DNA of 33,310 nucleotides from Fibrobacterales bacterium (GCA_051532035.1 JAOPTW010000024.1:1-33310), one strand, 5' to 3'. Positions 19,958 to 29,359 are shown, counted from the stretch's first letter. Notes: generated from the sequence alone by a model not told the origin. Translations and numbers: made by a program.

Positions 19958-21038
19958 CGTCAGCTTGGCCGATATATGTCATATATTCAACATCGCGGCA
20001 TATTTCTACCAAAGTCGAAAACTCAGTACCCACATTACCTTCATTACCTTGTCGCTGATTCCTATTATTGTAACAGTATTCTTTCAAAAATTCATTCTTG
20101 CAAGTGTCTTCAAAATTATAACAAGTACTAACATTGGGTCTAAGGTCTCTATATATTCTTCTACTTGAACATTTATCTCCTTTATATACATATTCTTTAA
20201 TCTCGGTAATTGCTGTATCACTAAGATCTATTGTTGTGGTAAAATCAATACCAAATGGCGATATAGTCCAGCTGTTACAGTTATTTTTTATAAATGAAGG
20301 CGGTCTTCTATCATTCGGTCTATAAATATCATCCACCCAACAATTAAATTCTTGCATATAGGTAGTCGTTAAAGAATTATCAGTAAATTTCGCGAATGTT
20401 GATCGCTTAACAGCACTAATTCCGTATGAAATGTGTGTAGCACCCCTATAGCATGATGGATTTAACGAATCTACTACCCCTCTTTCAAATTCTTTCCATA
20501 AACCAATTAGTGTATTGGATTCTCCTATATACCTATCGAAACCGCAATCACTGTAAGGGGAAAACAAATGAAACTCACCATAAACAAGACGATAACTCAA
20601 AGAATAATCTTCTACTAATGGGACAGTATCCAACTCACCATTTGTACATTGATAATATTCACTCTTCAGATTTACAATCGAATCATTATAACTAACGATT
20701 TCATGAATGTTTTTTTGGGAATAGGAATAATCATAAGTTCCATTTTCAAGAACGTAATTATACCGGTTGTAGGCTTCGGTATAATTGACTTGTGCCACAA
20801 AACATTCTGTAGATTTACAGTCACCTGAATCGTTTCTCTGGGCATTAAAATACTCATATTGCGCACCCCAGAAACCAATTTCTGCTTCATTAAGAGCAAT
20901 AACAGTATCTTGTGATGCTGCATTATTATCCGATTGATCATTATTAAAAAGGTCACAATTTAAAACAAGCAAAGAAGACAAAACAAAAAATGAAACACGT
21001 AAATATCGCATAAAATTCCATATTAGATAAATTGACAA
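19941..21038 (-). CDS. Cassette gene: Cys-rich lipoprotein (paralog of 26449..27774)
   Basis: Probable start ATG 21011; LLVLNC lipobox; shared Cys pattern with the 441-aa ORF; stop lies inside attC. Confidence 0.85.
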   Translation of the reverse strand: MSIYLIWNFMRYLRVSFFVLSSLLVLNCDLFNNDQSDNNAASQDTVIALNEAEIGFWGAQYEYFNAQRNDSGDCKSTECFVAQVNYTEAYNRYNYVLENGTYDYSYSQKNIHEIVSYNDSIVNLKSEYYQCTNGELDTVPLVEDYSLSYRLVYGEFHLFSPYSDCGFDRYIGESNTLIGLWKEFERGVVDSLNPSCYRGATHISYGISAVKRSTFAKFTDNSLTTTYMQEFNCWVDDIYRPNDRRPPSFIKNNCNSWTISPFGIDFTTTIDLSDTAITEIKEYVYKGDKCSSRRIYRDLRPNVSTCYNFEDTCKNEFLKEYCYNNRNQRQGNEGNVGTEFSTLVEICRDVEYMTYIGQADDITIH

Positions 21039-21044
21039 TAATTT

Positions 21045-21170
21045 TTCAAATATAAAAATTTCTACTCCACCATGGACGGTGGGTTAACAAAACAAATATA
21101 TTTTCGTTCCTGCATAACAAACTATGCAGTTTCCCAAAGAGATACTCTTGCCCGTCCCTTGATCCCCAAC
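21045..21170 (-). promoter_or_regulatory. Conserved cassette leader with CCACC-N6-GGTGG palindrome and TATATTTG promoter-like element
   Basis: Homologous to 25655-25769; palindrome at 21067-21082; starts with GTTGGGG at 21170. Confidence 0.6.
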
Positions 21171-21256
21171 AAGAATATTCCAATCGTCAATCCAATCAAT
21201 ACGGCAGTTTATTCAGAAAAAGGGAGGGGACTAGAGCCAAAAGAAATCCCCCCCCC

Positions 21257-21543
21257 CCCTCACCGGATCACTCGGGCAAAAGCCACTCCCATACAAAAAT
21301 TTCAAGAACATGTCCAGAGGTGTACACAGAACCAGGCCTATCCAGCCCTCTGCCCCTTCGACCAGATTCTTCTTCATGATACTCCGCATAGCACATACTA
21401 TGCCCGGCATCGGCACGTTCCAGTGGTATTTTCTCTATATACTCCATAGAGCCGAGAACGTTGATTATTGCATTGGGGAAATCATCTTTGAATGATGTGC
21501 TATAGTCCTTTATGACTGATGCATGGTGGGTGAAGTGGATAAC
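21257..21543 (-). repeat. ~280-bp repeat copy C
   Basis: Homology ends at GATAAC 21538-21543. Confidence 0.95.
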
Positions 21544-21636
21544 CGCTCACTTGGACCTTACTCAACCAGTTGAAAAAACAGCACAGACTGAAACAGCATC
21601 ACCATCAGATGAGGATTCACGACCTGAGTAACCAAA

Positions 21637-21667
21637 CAAAAAGGGCCACCCACAAAGTAGATGGCCC
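21637..21667 (-). terminator. Rho-independent terminator of the M6 peptidase gene
   Basis: GGGCCATCTAC-TTT-GTGGGTGGCCC-TTTTT on the minus strand. Confidence 0.8.
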
Positions 21668-21730
21668 ATATATCCCTTAATAACAAGGATGTTCCTGGCT
21701 ATAGGAAATTAATTATCTTACAGTCCGTTA

Positions 21731-24700
21731 TTAAATTTCTTCAACAACAACATTATCAATAACTACATCAGCACTAATAGCACCAAGGTTAAATACAATT
21801 CGAGCATTCATATCAGTTTGATTCATAGTAAATTCATAACTATATGTACTCATTGTTTCTGTAACAGAAGTCTGTGGAATAGAACCATAGTTTGTCCATG
21901 GTGACCCATCAGTTTCAAGGTGCGCACTAATAGTACGCGCCCATGCCGCGCGAGCATCAAAACTAAAACGGTATCTTTTTCCAGACTCTAACGGTATGTT
22001 TCCTTGTAAGAACTGTACATTCCAATCAGAAGTTCCTGCATTTGAAATATTGACACTACATTCATTAGAATTAACAGTAGTATAAGCACTTGCACCTTCA
22101 AAATTTTGAAGTGTCCAGTCATTCGATCCGTTTCCAAAATCACCATTGGTCACAAGATTAACGCTTGATACCTCATCATTGACGGTAATAGATGCAGTCG
22201 CTTCAAATCCACCATAAGTCATGGTCATAGTAAACGTTCCAACTTCAGTTGCATTAAAACTTGCGTATTTAAACCAGCCACCACCAGTGGTAGTAAAGCT
22301 CGGGAGCCCGATTGACATTGTATTACCAAATTGGTCATACCCTGTATAGCTCACCGATACACCACTGTTAATTGTAGTAACGATTGGGCTTACTGCAATC
22401 GAACTGAGCACTGGAGGTTCATCAGCTACTTCAACAACGATCACGTTATCGATAATAACATCAGCACTGCTCCCCCCAATATTAAATGCAATGCGCGCAT
22501 TCATATCAGTTTCACTCATAGTGAATTCTTGTGTGAATTTCTGCATTGATGTTGTTAGAGAAAAAGGCGAAGTATTTGAATAGTTAGTCCATGGTGAACC
22601 GTCTGTCTCAAGCTTAGCTTCAATGGTTCTATTTTGTACAGAACGAGCATCAAAACTAAAACGGTATTTTTTACCAGCTTCAAGAGGAATAGCTCCTTGA
22701 GTAATTTGTACACTCCATGCTGCAGAGCCCCCATCACTAATACCAGCATGTAACTGCTGTCCTGGCGCTCCGAGAGATGAAGTCCCACTACTTGCCCAGT
22801 TGGTTATGCCATTTGCAAAATCACCATTCAACACCATTGAGTATGCTGATCCATCATCTTCTACGGTAATGTTGGCTGTGGTAGAAAACTGTCCATAAGT
22901 CATTGTTACATTCCAGTTGCCCAATTCTTCTGCGTTAAATGTAGAACCAGTAACAGTACCTCCACCATTAACACTTAATACTGGCTGTGATAAAGCGATG
23001 ACATTGCCATCTTGATCATAGCCACGATAAGTAAAATCAGCAGATGTTCCCAACTGAATAGTCATATCATCAACTTCAACTGACGTCAAAGTAGGCGACG
23101 GTTCATTAGTAAGTTCAATAAGTGAAATATTATCCACATGAACGCTTGCGTTACTTCCACCAAGATTGAATACAATACGCGCATTTAAGTCAGTTTCATC
23201 TGCAACAAAATCATGTACATAGGTTCTTTTATTGTAATCAGTTTCAAAGGCTGTGGTTTTAGAATAATTAATCCATGGTGATCCATCTGTTTCAACTTTA
23301 ACTGATATAGTACGGCTACCACCAGAATATACTGTGAAAGCGAGACGATATTGCTTGCCACTCTCGATTGCCAGGTTACCCTGTCTAAACTGTATATTCC
23401 AGTCGTCAGTACCACCCTCTGTAATAGAAATTGAAGCACTGTAATTAATAATGCTCACATCCGCAACTGCTCCACCAGCATTACCCAGTTCCCATCCATC
23501 TGTTGATTGACTAAAATCTCCATTTACTATTTGTGAAGCAGGCAGTGCTACTGCAAAATCAAAACTCATGTTATCTGAGAGACTTGAAATATTGCTCAAA
23601 ACGAGATCGGAATAATCACCGTCCCACCAACGTGCTTCAGGCTGTGTTTTAGCAGAAAAACTACTGTTATTTGCAGCATAGAAAAAGTCTTCAGCTTCAC
23701 CGGAACTACGGTTGTTTTCTAAGTCATACTGGCCATCTGCTTGTACTACAGAGACTTTAAAATGCCTACTAGCCCAACGTTCATTATTACTGTTATTTCC
23801 ATATTCATCAACATGCCAAATAAGTACTCCTTCACCAGGCATAGTCGAATGGCGATTCTCTTGTTTACGCGCTTCAATATAGTAACGCTCTTGAGCCTCT
23901 GCTGCATTTTGATAAATAAAAATATCTGCATCATTATTTGCTTCAACAAAGTGAGTACCTTGGTTTGAAGCAGTCAAGATTTGTGGAGTAATCCACCCCT
24001 CTGAATGTCTAAAATACGGATTAGGATACTTAGGATTGAGATTTCCACTTGAAGACATGAGGTCAAAAGTACCAGTACCGCGTGAGTCAGAATCATAATC
24101 ATAGGTATCAGACCAGCTAAAAAGCATATGCCCATTCTCATGACAAAAAGTACCAAGTGTTAAATAACTACGCATATCCGTAACTTGATAATCCTTTGAA
24201 GATACCCCATTTGCAGTGAAGCCATATACCGTTGAACGGTGTGGCCATAAACCTTTACTCCAACCTGAACTACGATTCCCTGCATAATACAAGTTTATTG
24301 CATCAATGTAGGTATCATTGTCTGAATCAAATTGCGAGAATTCCATCCCCTCTACATCTCTCAGGTATTCAAGTGCTTCAAGAATAAGCTCACGTGCCTT
24401 AGGTCCTGCAGCTTCAGTGTAATTATCATAGTACGATTTTGGATGTATCGCTCTATAGTACGCCGTAACTACATTGGTGTAGTTTACATGACCATTTGAG
24501 ATCTCATAGAAAAAATCATTTACTGATCCATTGTTTCCATTCGCAGAATACCCTGACTGCTGTAAGAAATTACTGACTTCAGATGGTGAGATTGATCCCT
24601 CTTGATCACTAAAATCAACAAGTATCGTAAGACCGAGTACATTCCCCGAAAGTCCATCAGCCGATACCGCCATTTGAGTACCTGCATTTTGGGTCCCTAA

Positions 24701-25120
24701 CGAGCTGGCCGAAAACTCAAGAGTCTGTTCTTCTCTAGCGCGTCGTGCCTTTTGTCTACGAGATTTTTTCGAAAGCTTCAATCCCTTACGGATTACTTTG
24801 CCCTGTTTATTTTTTCGAACAGTAGTACGTTGTGCACGCATTTTGTTCGATTGATCAATATAACGTTCTTCAGTAGGTAAGAATTCACCACCATCTTCTG
24901 ATACGTCTGCGTATACAATCCAGCCATCCGAATCTCTTACCAGTGTATAGCCATCTAATGTTTCTACGCGTTGGTAAAATTCATCACCCCAAACCTTAAC
25001 CGGTACTACCGAACCATCTGGTTGTTTTAGGTTGAATGCTTCACCGTGTGAAGGAGCTGAATATGCCAGTATTGCTGTTAAAAATACTAAGCATAGCGCC
25101 TTTAATCCTAATTGTTTCAT
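21731..25120 (-). CDS. M6-family (immune inhibitor A-like) metalloprotease with three CBM4/9-like modules and Ig-like spacers
   Basis: Signal peptide; QPDG..WGDEF prodomain; LWPH, FCHENGH (HExxH), FDLMS, GVLIWHVDE; three NGDF...W..Q...GK.YR.SF...ARI.FN.G modules. Confidence 0.92.
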   Translation of the reverse strand: MKQLGLKALCLVFLTAILAYSAPSHGEAFNLKQPDGSVVPVKVWGDEFYQRVETLDGYTLVRDSDGWIVYADVSEDGGEFLPTEERYIDQSNKMRAQRTTVRKNKQGKVIRKGLKLSKKSRRQKARRAREEQTLEFSASSLGTQNAGTQMAVSADGLSGNVLGLTILVDFSDQEGSISPSEVSNFLQQSGYSANGNNGSVNDFFYEISNGHVNYTNVVTAYYRAIHPKSYYDNYTEAAGPKARELILEALEYLRDVEGMEFSQFDSDNDTYIDAINLYYAGNRSSGWSKGLWPHRSTVYGFTANGVSSKDYQVTDMRSYLTLGTFCHENGHMLFSWSDTYDYDSDSRGTGTFDLMSSSGNLNPKYPNPYFRHSEGWITPQILTASNQGTHFVEANNDADIFIYQNAAEAQERYYIEARKQENRHSTMPGEGVLIWHVDEYGNNSNNERWASRHFKVSVVQADGQYDLENNRSSGEAEDFFYAANNSSFSAKTQPEARWWDGDYSDLVLSNISSLSDNMSFDFAVALPASQIVNGDFSQSTDGWELGNAGGAVADVSIINYSASISITEGGTDDWNIQFRQGNLAIESGKQYRLAFTVYSGGSRTISVKVETDGSPWINYSKTTAFETDYNKRTYVHDFVADETDLNARIVFNLGGSNASVHVDNISLIELTNEPSPTLTSVEVDDMTIQLGTSADFTYRGYDQDGNVIALSQPVLSVNGGGTVTGSTFNAEELGNWNVTMTYGQFSTTANITVEDDGSAYSMVLNGDFANGITNWASSGTSSLGAPGQQLHAGISDGGSAAWSVQITQGAIPLEAGKKYRFSFDARSVQNRTIEAKLETDGSPWTNYSNTSPFSLTTSMQKFTQEFTMSETDMNARIAFNIGGSSADVIIDNVIVVEVADEPPVLSSIAVSPIVTTINSGVSVSYTGYDQFGNTMSIGLPSFTTTGGGWFKYASFNATEVGTFTMTMTYGGFEATASITVNDEVSSVNLVTNGDFGNGSNDWTLQNFEGASAYTTVNSNECSVNISNAGTSDWNVQFLQGNIPLESGKRYRFSFDARAAWARTISAHLETDGSPWTNYGSIPQTSVTETMSTYSYEFTMNQTDMNARIVFNLGAISADVVIDNVVVEEI

Positions 25121-25654
25121 TGTGCCCTCTGTAATTATTTATATGGTGGCCCAAAGGTACAATGATTCTCGTACAATCGACACATGCCGTTGACTTATAA
25201 ATGAATACCGTACTCAAAACGTACTTGTATTGAATAACGTAAGCGCAGTCAAAACGCAAAAAACACAATACTTGCTTACATGTATTTTTTTAGAAGTACT
25301 CTTAGGAAATGCTTATTCACAGAGGTATATATTGTATCGCTGTTAAACAATGGAATAGAGGGCTCTCGATTTTTAAGATTGTTTACGAAAGATAATGGAA
25401 ATTGTTAATTCCACAATATGTAGCCATTTAATTAACTGTAATGCAGTACGATATGACAATATCTATGGAGATTGTCATATCGGATAAATCTCCAAGTAAC
25501 TCTGATCGTGATCAGGGTTTTTCAAAGTAAAAAATGTAAAATGAGGCTTTAGGCTACATAAACCTATCATAAATATCGGGGGTTTACAATATCACTTAGG
25601 TCATATGCCATGCCTCATTATTTAATGATAGGCGAATTCAGATTAGAATTCGCC

Positions 25655-25769
25655 TATAGTAATTTCACACCACCATGGACGGTGGCCCTTTGTACAAAAA
25701 TATTTTCTCCCCTGCATAACAATGCTGTCTCCCAAATAAACAACTTTGCCCATTCCTATATCCACCAAC
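25655..25769 (-). repeat. Orphan cassette leader (no cassette ORF follows)
   Basis: Homologous to 21045-21170 and inverted-homologous to 19259-19334. Confidence 0.7.
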
Positions 25770-25820
25770 TATATGTGTCAGCAAAACAACACCCTTCTTC
25801 ACCATTCAATAAAAAATCAG
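25763..25820 (-). mobile_element. attI-like site copy 4
   Basis: Minus strand GAAGGGTGTTGTTTTGCTGACACATATA|GTTGGTG; upstream flank homologous to 7143-7320. Confidence 0.72.
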
Positions 25821-25941
25821 TAATGCTCACAATCACTCTCACACCATAGAATTAGGTACTAAAAAACCTACCCCATTTCAAATCACCAAGAAGTAAGCAT
25901 AAAAACAAAACCCCACCCCCACAAAAGCCCAAAAGTACTAG

Positions 25942-26093
25942 TCACCCACAATAACAATATTCTCATCGTTAGTCCGGTTAGCAAGCTCCGTATAATTAAA
26001 CGACCCAAAGATGGCGACCGCATCATCAAGCACCATAAGCTTATGATGCAGTTTACCAAGACCACCTTTATTCCCTATAAGAGAAATAGAAAT
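25942..26093 (-). pseudogene. PLD gene fragment (second HKD region) with internal deletion
   Basis: Aligns to 11746-11897; joined to the attI flank at TCACCCACAA. Confidence 0.88.
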
Positions 26094-26448
26094 ATAGAGC
26101 AATTGAAAATCGATACTTCACACGGAGCAGTTTAATGAGTTTTGTAATTTTGATAATGGAGGCTCAATTGCCCCCAAAAGCTAGCATGGGTGTAGGCAAC
26201 AACCCTGTAAATACATAGTGCATGAATATTTTTTGTGAAATCAGCAAGAGTACCACTCTCAAAACGACATTGGAAAGCTTTGAGTTCCCTATAGCGATAA
26301 GTGAGCCAGGTCAGTTCAATAAACTGCAAATAAAATCCGGACAACATAAATGAATAATTCATGTGATTTACGCAAGATGGATTTCACCTTCAGCTCTTAA
26401 AGTTGGCAGAAGGTTAGAGTGAGGATGAAATGGAATAATATTTATAAG

Positions 26449-27774
26449 CTATTCTTCTGCGCCACAATCACAATCAGGATCGTCACAATCAATTAACCCA
26501 TCTTCATCATCATCTTTCTCATTATCACAGTAATGATCTTCAGTTACCGTAATACCATACCTTAAACATATGCTATCAGGATAACCTCTTTCATCAATTG
26601 AATTTTTACAAAATGGTCGAATCACTTCCGTACGACACACATCTAACTGTTTATATTTTGACCAATCTTCTGTACAATCAAAATCAGAATAGTCCACAAT
26701 ACCTGGCGAAGTATATGTAACGGTGCAAGATTTTCCATCATACTCATACCTTGTTTCTCTCAAAACACCTGTTTCAACTACATTATAAGACTGATAAACA
26801 TTTAAGTCTATATCCACCTCTTCTTGCCAGTTGTTACAATCATATATTATATAATTAGAATCAAGCCCAATACTTGGATTAGACCAGGATATACTTTTAC
26901 TAAAAACGTCATGTGCATAGCAATTAAATGAAAAGCTTCCTTTTATTACCATTTGATTATTTTGAACAGACATTTCCTGGACTGATTTTGTTACTGACAA
27001 ACTTGGGAGCGTATCGGTTTTATGAATAACATTTTCAATACATTCACTTTTGGCGATATCTAAATATCTTTTATTGTCGGATACCATCCAAACACCGTCA
27101 TCAAATGAATTCCCATTACCAATATATTTCTTATATAAACAATTTGAACGATAGTCTCTAAATGTATTATCAACAATTGAATATTTTTTGTCTATATTGC
27201 CAGGTTCGAATATAGTACCTTCTTCTTTGCAAGACTTTCTATTGGTCAATGAATACACACTGTCACTTACTATTTCAATCAATGAAATTTCTTCTAGATC
27301 AATGGTATAGGTATAGTCCTCTTGTTCTTTAATACGTTCGAGCTCTTGCCATGCTTCTAAAAATTCTATATAAGCCGAAACACAAGCCTCATCGGTACAC
27401 GAATCATAATCACTGGCATCTAAATAGGCACTTTTTTTTAACTCAGCATTTTCAAATGCGGCATAAATGTCGCCATTTACATTGACAGGCTTCTCTTCAT
27501 TTGATTCACCATTATTCATTGCACTAGAGTGCTCATAAGAACCACCTAAATCTGTAAATAATTGACTAGATCCTATAGCAGTTATTGAATTAGAAGATTC
27601 ATTATTTGATTCACCATCGCTAATAGAAGAACTCACCAAAGTAGAAGATGATTCTTCATTGATTGCAACATCTGAATCCTCAAAGGGATTGCAAGATGCT
27701 AGAAGTAAAAAAAATAGTGATACAATAACTAAATAATGCATAATGAACCTCAAATACAAAAACACAAGGTTCAA
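26449..27774 (-). CDS. Cassette gene: Cys-rich lipoprotein with C-terminal DDDxDGLIDCxDPDC motif
   Basis: Probable start ATG 27741; LLASC lipobox; Ser-rich linker; acidic Ca-binding-like C-terminal repeat. Confidence 0.85.
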   Translation of the reverse strand: MNLVFLYLRFIMHYLVIVSLFFLLLASCNPFEDSDVAINEESSSTLVSSSISDGESNNESSNSITAIGSSQLFTDLGGSYEHSSAMNNGESNEEKPVNVNGDIYAAFENAELKKSAYLDASDYDSCTDEACVSAYIEFLEAWQELERIKEQEDYTYTIDLEEISLIEIVSDSVYSLTNRKSCKEEGTIFEPGNIDKKYSIVDNTFRDYRSNCLYKKYIGNGNSFDDGVWMVSDNKRYLDIAKSECIENVIHKTDTLPSLSVTKSVQEMSVQNNQMVIKGSFSFNCYAHDVFSKSISWSNPSIGLDSNYIIYDCNNWQEEVDIDLNVYQSYNVVETGVLRETRYEYDGKSCTVTYTSPGIVDYSDFDCTEDWSKYKQLDVCRTEVIRPFCKNSIDERGYPDSICLRYGITVTEDHYCDNEKDDDEDGLIDCDDPDCDCGAEE

Positions 27775-27916
27775 AGGATACTAATTTTCATTATAAAATA
27801 CTAGAGCTTCGTCTTCCCATATTCATTCTCATTGTACTTAATGATTGGTTATCTTGACCCTATCATTTCATAAACTACTGCTATGGAAACTTGGCCTTAG
27901 TGGCGGGAACACTTTC

Positions 27917-27989
27917 CACCAACGTTTGCAAAACGGCAGCTGTAAATCCCATCTTTAAGGGGATTAATTGATGCCTTTTGCTGTTGGGC
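27917..27989 (-). mobile_element. attC-like site (family A)
   Basis: CACCAAC-GTTT-GCAAAACGGCAG..AAATCCC..GGGGATT..TTGATGCCTTTTGC-T-GTTGGGC. Confidence 0.87.
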
Positions 27990-28098
27990 TCAGTAGGTGA
28001 TTATAGATGTTGTTTCACCTAAAAAATTTATTTACAACGGTTTAACCCGTAATTAGGACGATAGAGGGTGGGCACTTTAAATATTACACTTATTTTGA

Positions 28099-28722
28099 TT
28101 AAATATTCGTTGGATTAAAAGACACATTCATTATATCAACGTCTTCTTTATGTAACCCGTATTTTATTACAATATTTTTTAATTCATTATATATTCGATT
28201 ATATGGAACGACCATAAGCATCATCTTGTTATGAATTAAAATTGCGCCTTTCTCAGCAGCCATTAACTCCTGACCCAACATATCTGTTTTATATTTTTGC
28301 TCTAACCACCTATGTTCAGTAAGGTGTCCTTTAAAGTGCGCAGTGAATTCACCTTGTGTCCCATTGATCACATCAACTACATGCCAGTTCCAGTTACTTT
28401 TTGACCCTTCTAATGTTTGATTTAAAGATATCATTTTAATGACTGTTGCCCCCTTAGTAATAACCCAAAAATAAGAAGGCAGTGAAGTGGAAAAATTCCA
28501 GACGTCATCAACTGTTGGTGTTTTAGAGATAAATACTGAAGAATTTGGATTGTGAATATTGTTTAAAATTGTGTAATAATTTTGAGAAATAGAGTACCCT
28601 TCAAAATTTTCGACGTTAAATGAAATTGAATTAAATATAGGATTCCCATTTGAATCAGTTGTATTCCTATGTCCAGCGCACGAAACAAGAAGCATTAATA
28701 CTGCTAACAATAAAATTTTCAT
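28099..28722 (-). CDS. Cassette gene: hypothetical lipoprotein
   Basis: MKILLLAVLMLLVSC lipobox; AAGGA RBS. Confidence 0.88.
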   Translation of the reverse strand: MKILLLAVLMLLVSCAGHRNTTDSNGNPIFNSISFNVENFEGYSISQNYYTILNNIHNPNSSVFISKTPTVDDVWNFSTSLPSYFWVITKGATVIKMISLNQTLEGSKSNWNWHVVDVINGTQGEFTAHFKGHLTEHRWLEQKYKTDMLGQELMAAEKGAILIHNKMMLMVVPYNRIYNELKNIVIKYGLHKEDVDIMNVSFNPTNI

Positions 28723-28855
28723 ACAAGTCCTTGGTTATTATTTATGAATACTGACATAAAACCAAATATAGTAATTAGCGCCACTAGGACGGTGGCGCCA
28801 ACCGATGTAAAGAAATTTCTTCTATTTATCTATTCACTTTCCTATCACCTATTGG

Positions 28856-28915
28856 GCCCAACTACATAAGTACACAATATTGGCTACGTCTCTGGTAGAA
28901 ACACAGGTACTGAGT
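28856..28915 (-). mobile_element. attI-like site copy 5 (variant type)
   Basis: Minus strand AGAGACGTAGCCAATATTGTGTACTTATGTA|GTTGGGCCCAATAGGTGAT; downstream sequence is the inverted match of the R'' side at 27983. Confidence 0.7.
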
Positions 28916-28919
28916 ACTT

Positions 28920-29008
28920 CATTGACCACTCCCTAGGAGCGCACTGCAATCTCCCGCTCTCTCCAGTGCAATTGCATAACCCTCAAACACATCATCTACA
29001 ATGATACC
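28920..29008 (-). pseudogene. Degenerate PLD 3' fragment
   Basis: Nearly identical to 18605-18690; CCTCAAACACATCA shared with PLD. Confidence 0.72.
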
Positions 29009-29035
29009 GCCACATGAACCTCCAGCGCTAACCAA

Positions 29036-29298
29036 CCCTTACCGGATCACTCGGGCAAAAGCCACTCCCATACAAAAATTTCAAGAACATGTCCAGAGGT
29101 GTACACAGAACCAGGCCTATCCAGCTCTCTGTCCCTTCGACCAGATTCTTTTTCATGATACTCCGTATAGCACATACTATGCCTGGCATCGGCACGTTCC
29201 AGCTGTATGTTCTCTATATACAACATAGAGCCGAGGAAGTTGATTATTGCATGAGGAAAATCGTCTTTGAATGATGCGTGAAAGGTGAAGCGGGTAAC
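29036..29298 (-). repeat. ~280-bp repeat copy D (24-bp in-frame deletion)
   Basis: Begins at the attC crossover GTT; lacks 24 bp between two CATCA direct repeats. Confidence 0.95.
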
Positions 29299-29359
29299 GT
29301 AGTAGAGTTTGCAGTAATTCCCTATTAAAAGGAATTATTGCATGCTATGCGTGTTGAAA
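29292..29359 (-). mobile_element. attC-like site (family B)
   Basis: GGGTAAC-GTAGTAGAGTTTGCAGTAATTCC..GGAATTATTGCATGCT..GT-GTTGAAA. Confidence 0.85.

Noticed and set aside
16227..29274. Plus-strand ORFs in the repeats (MSRGVHRTRP..., MLNPVRS..., 21072..21449, 29001..29228)
   Set aside because: They recur only because the repeat recurs; the MSRGVHRTRP ORF is the antisense shadow of the minus frame; no RBS or recognisable motif.
16274..29298. Diversity-generating retroelement (TR/VR) reading of the ~280-bp repeats
   Set aside because: Differences include many C/T as well as A/G changes, so they are not adenine-specific, and there is no reverse transcriptase in the window.
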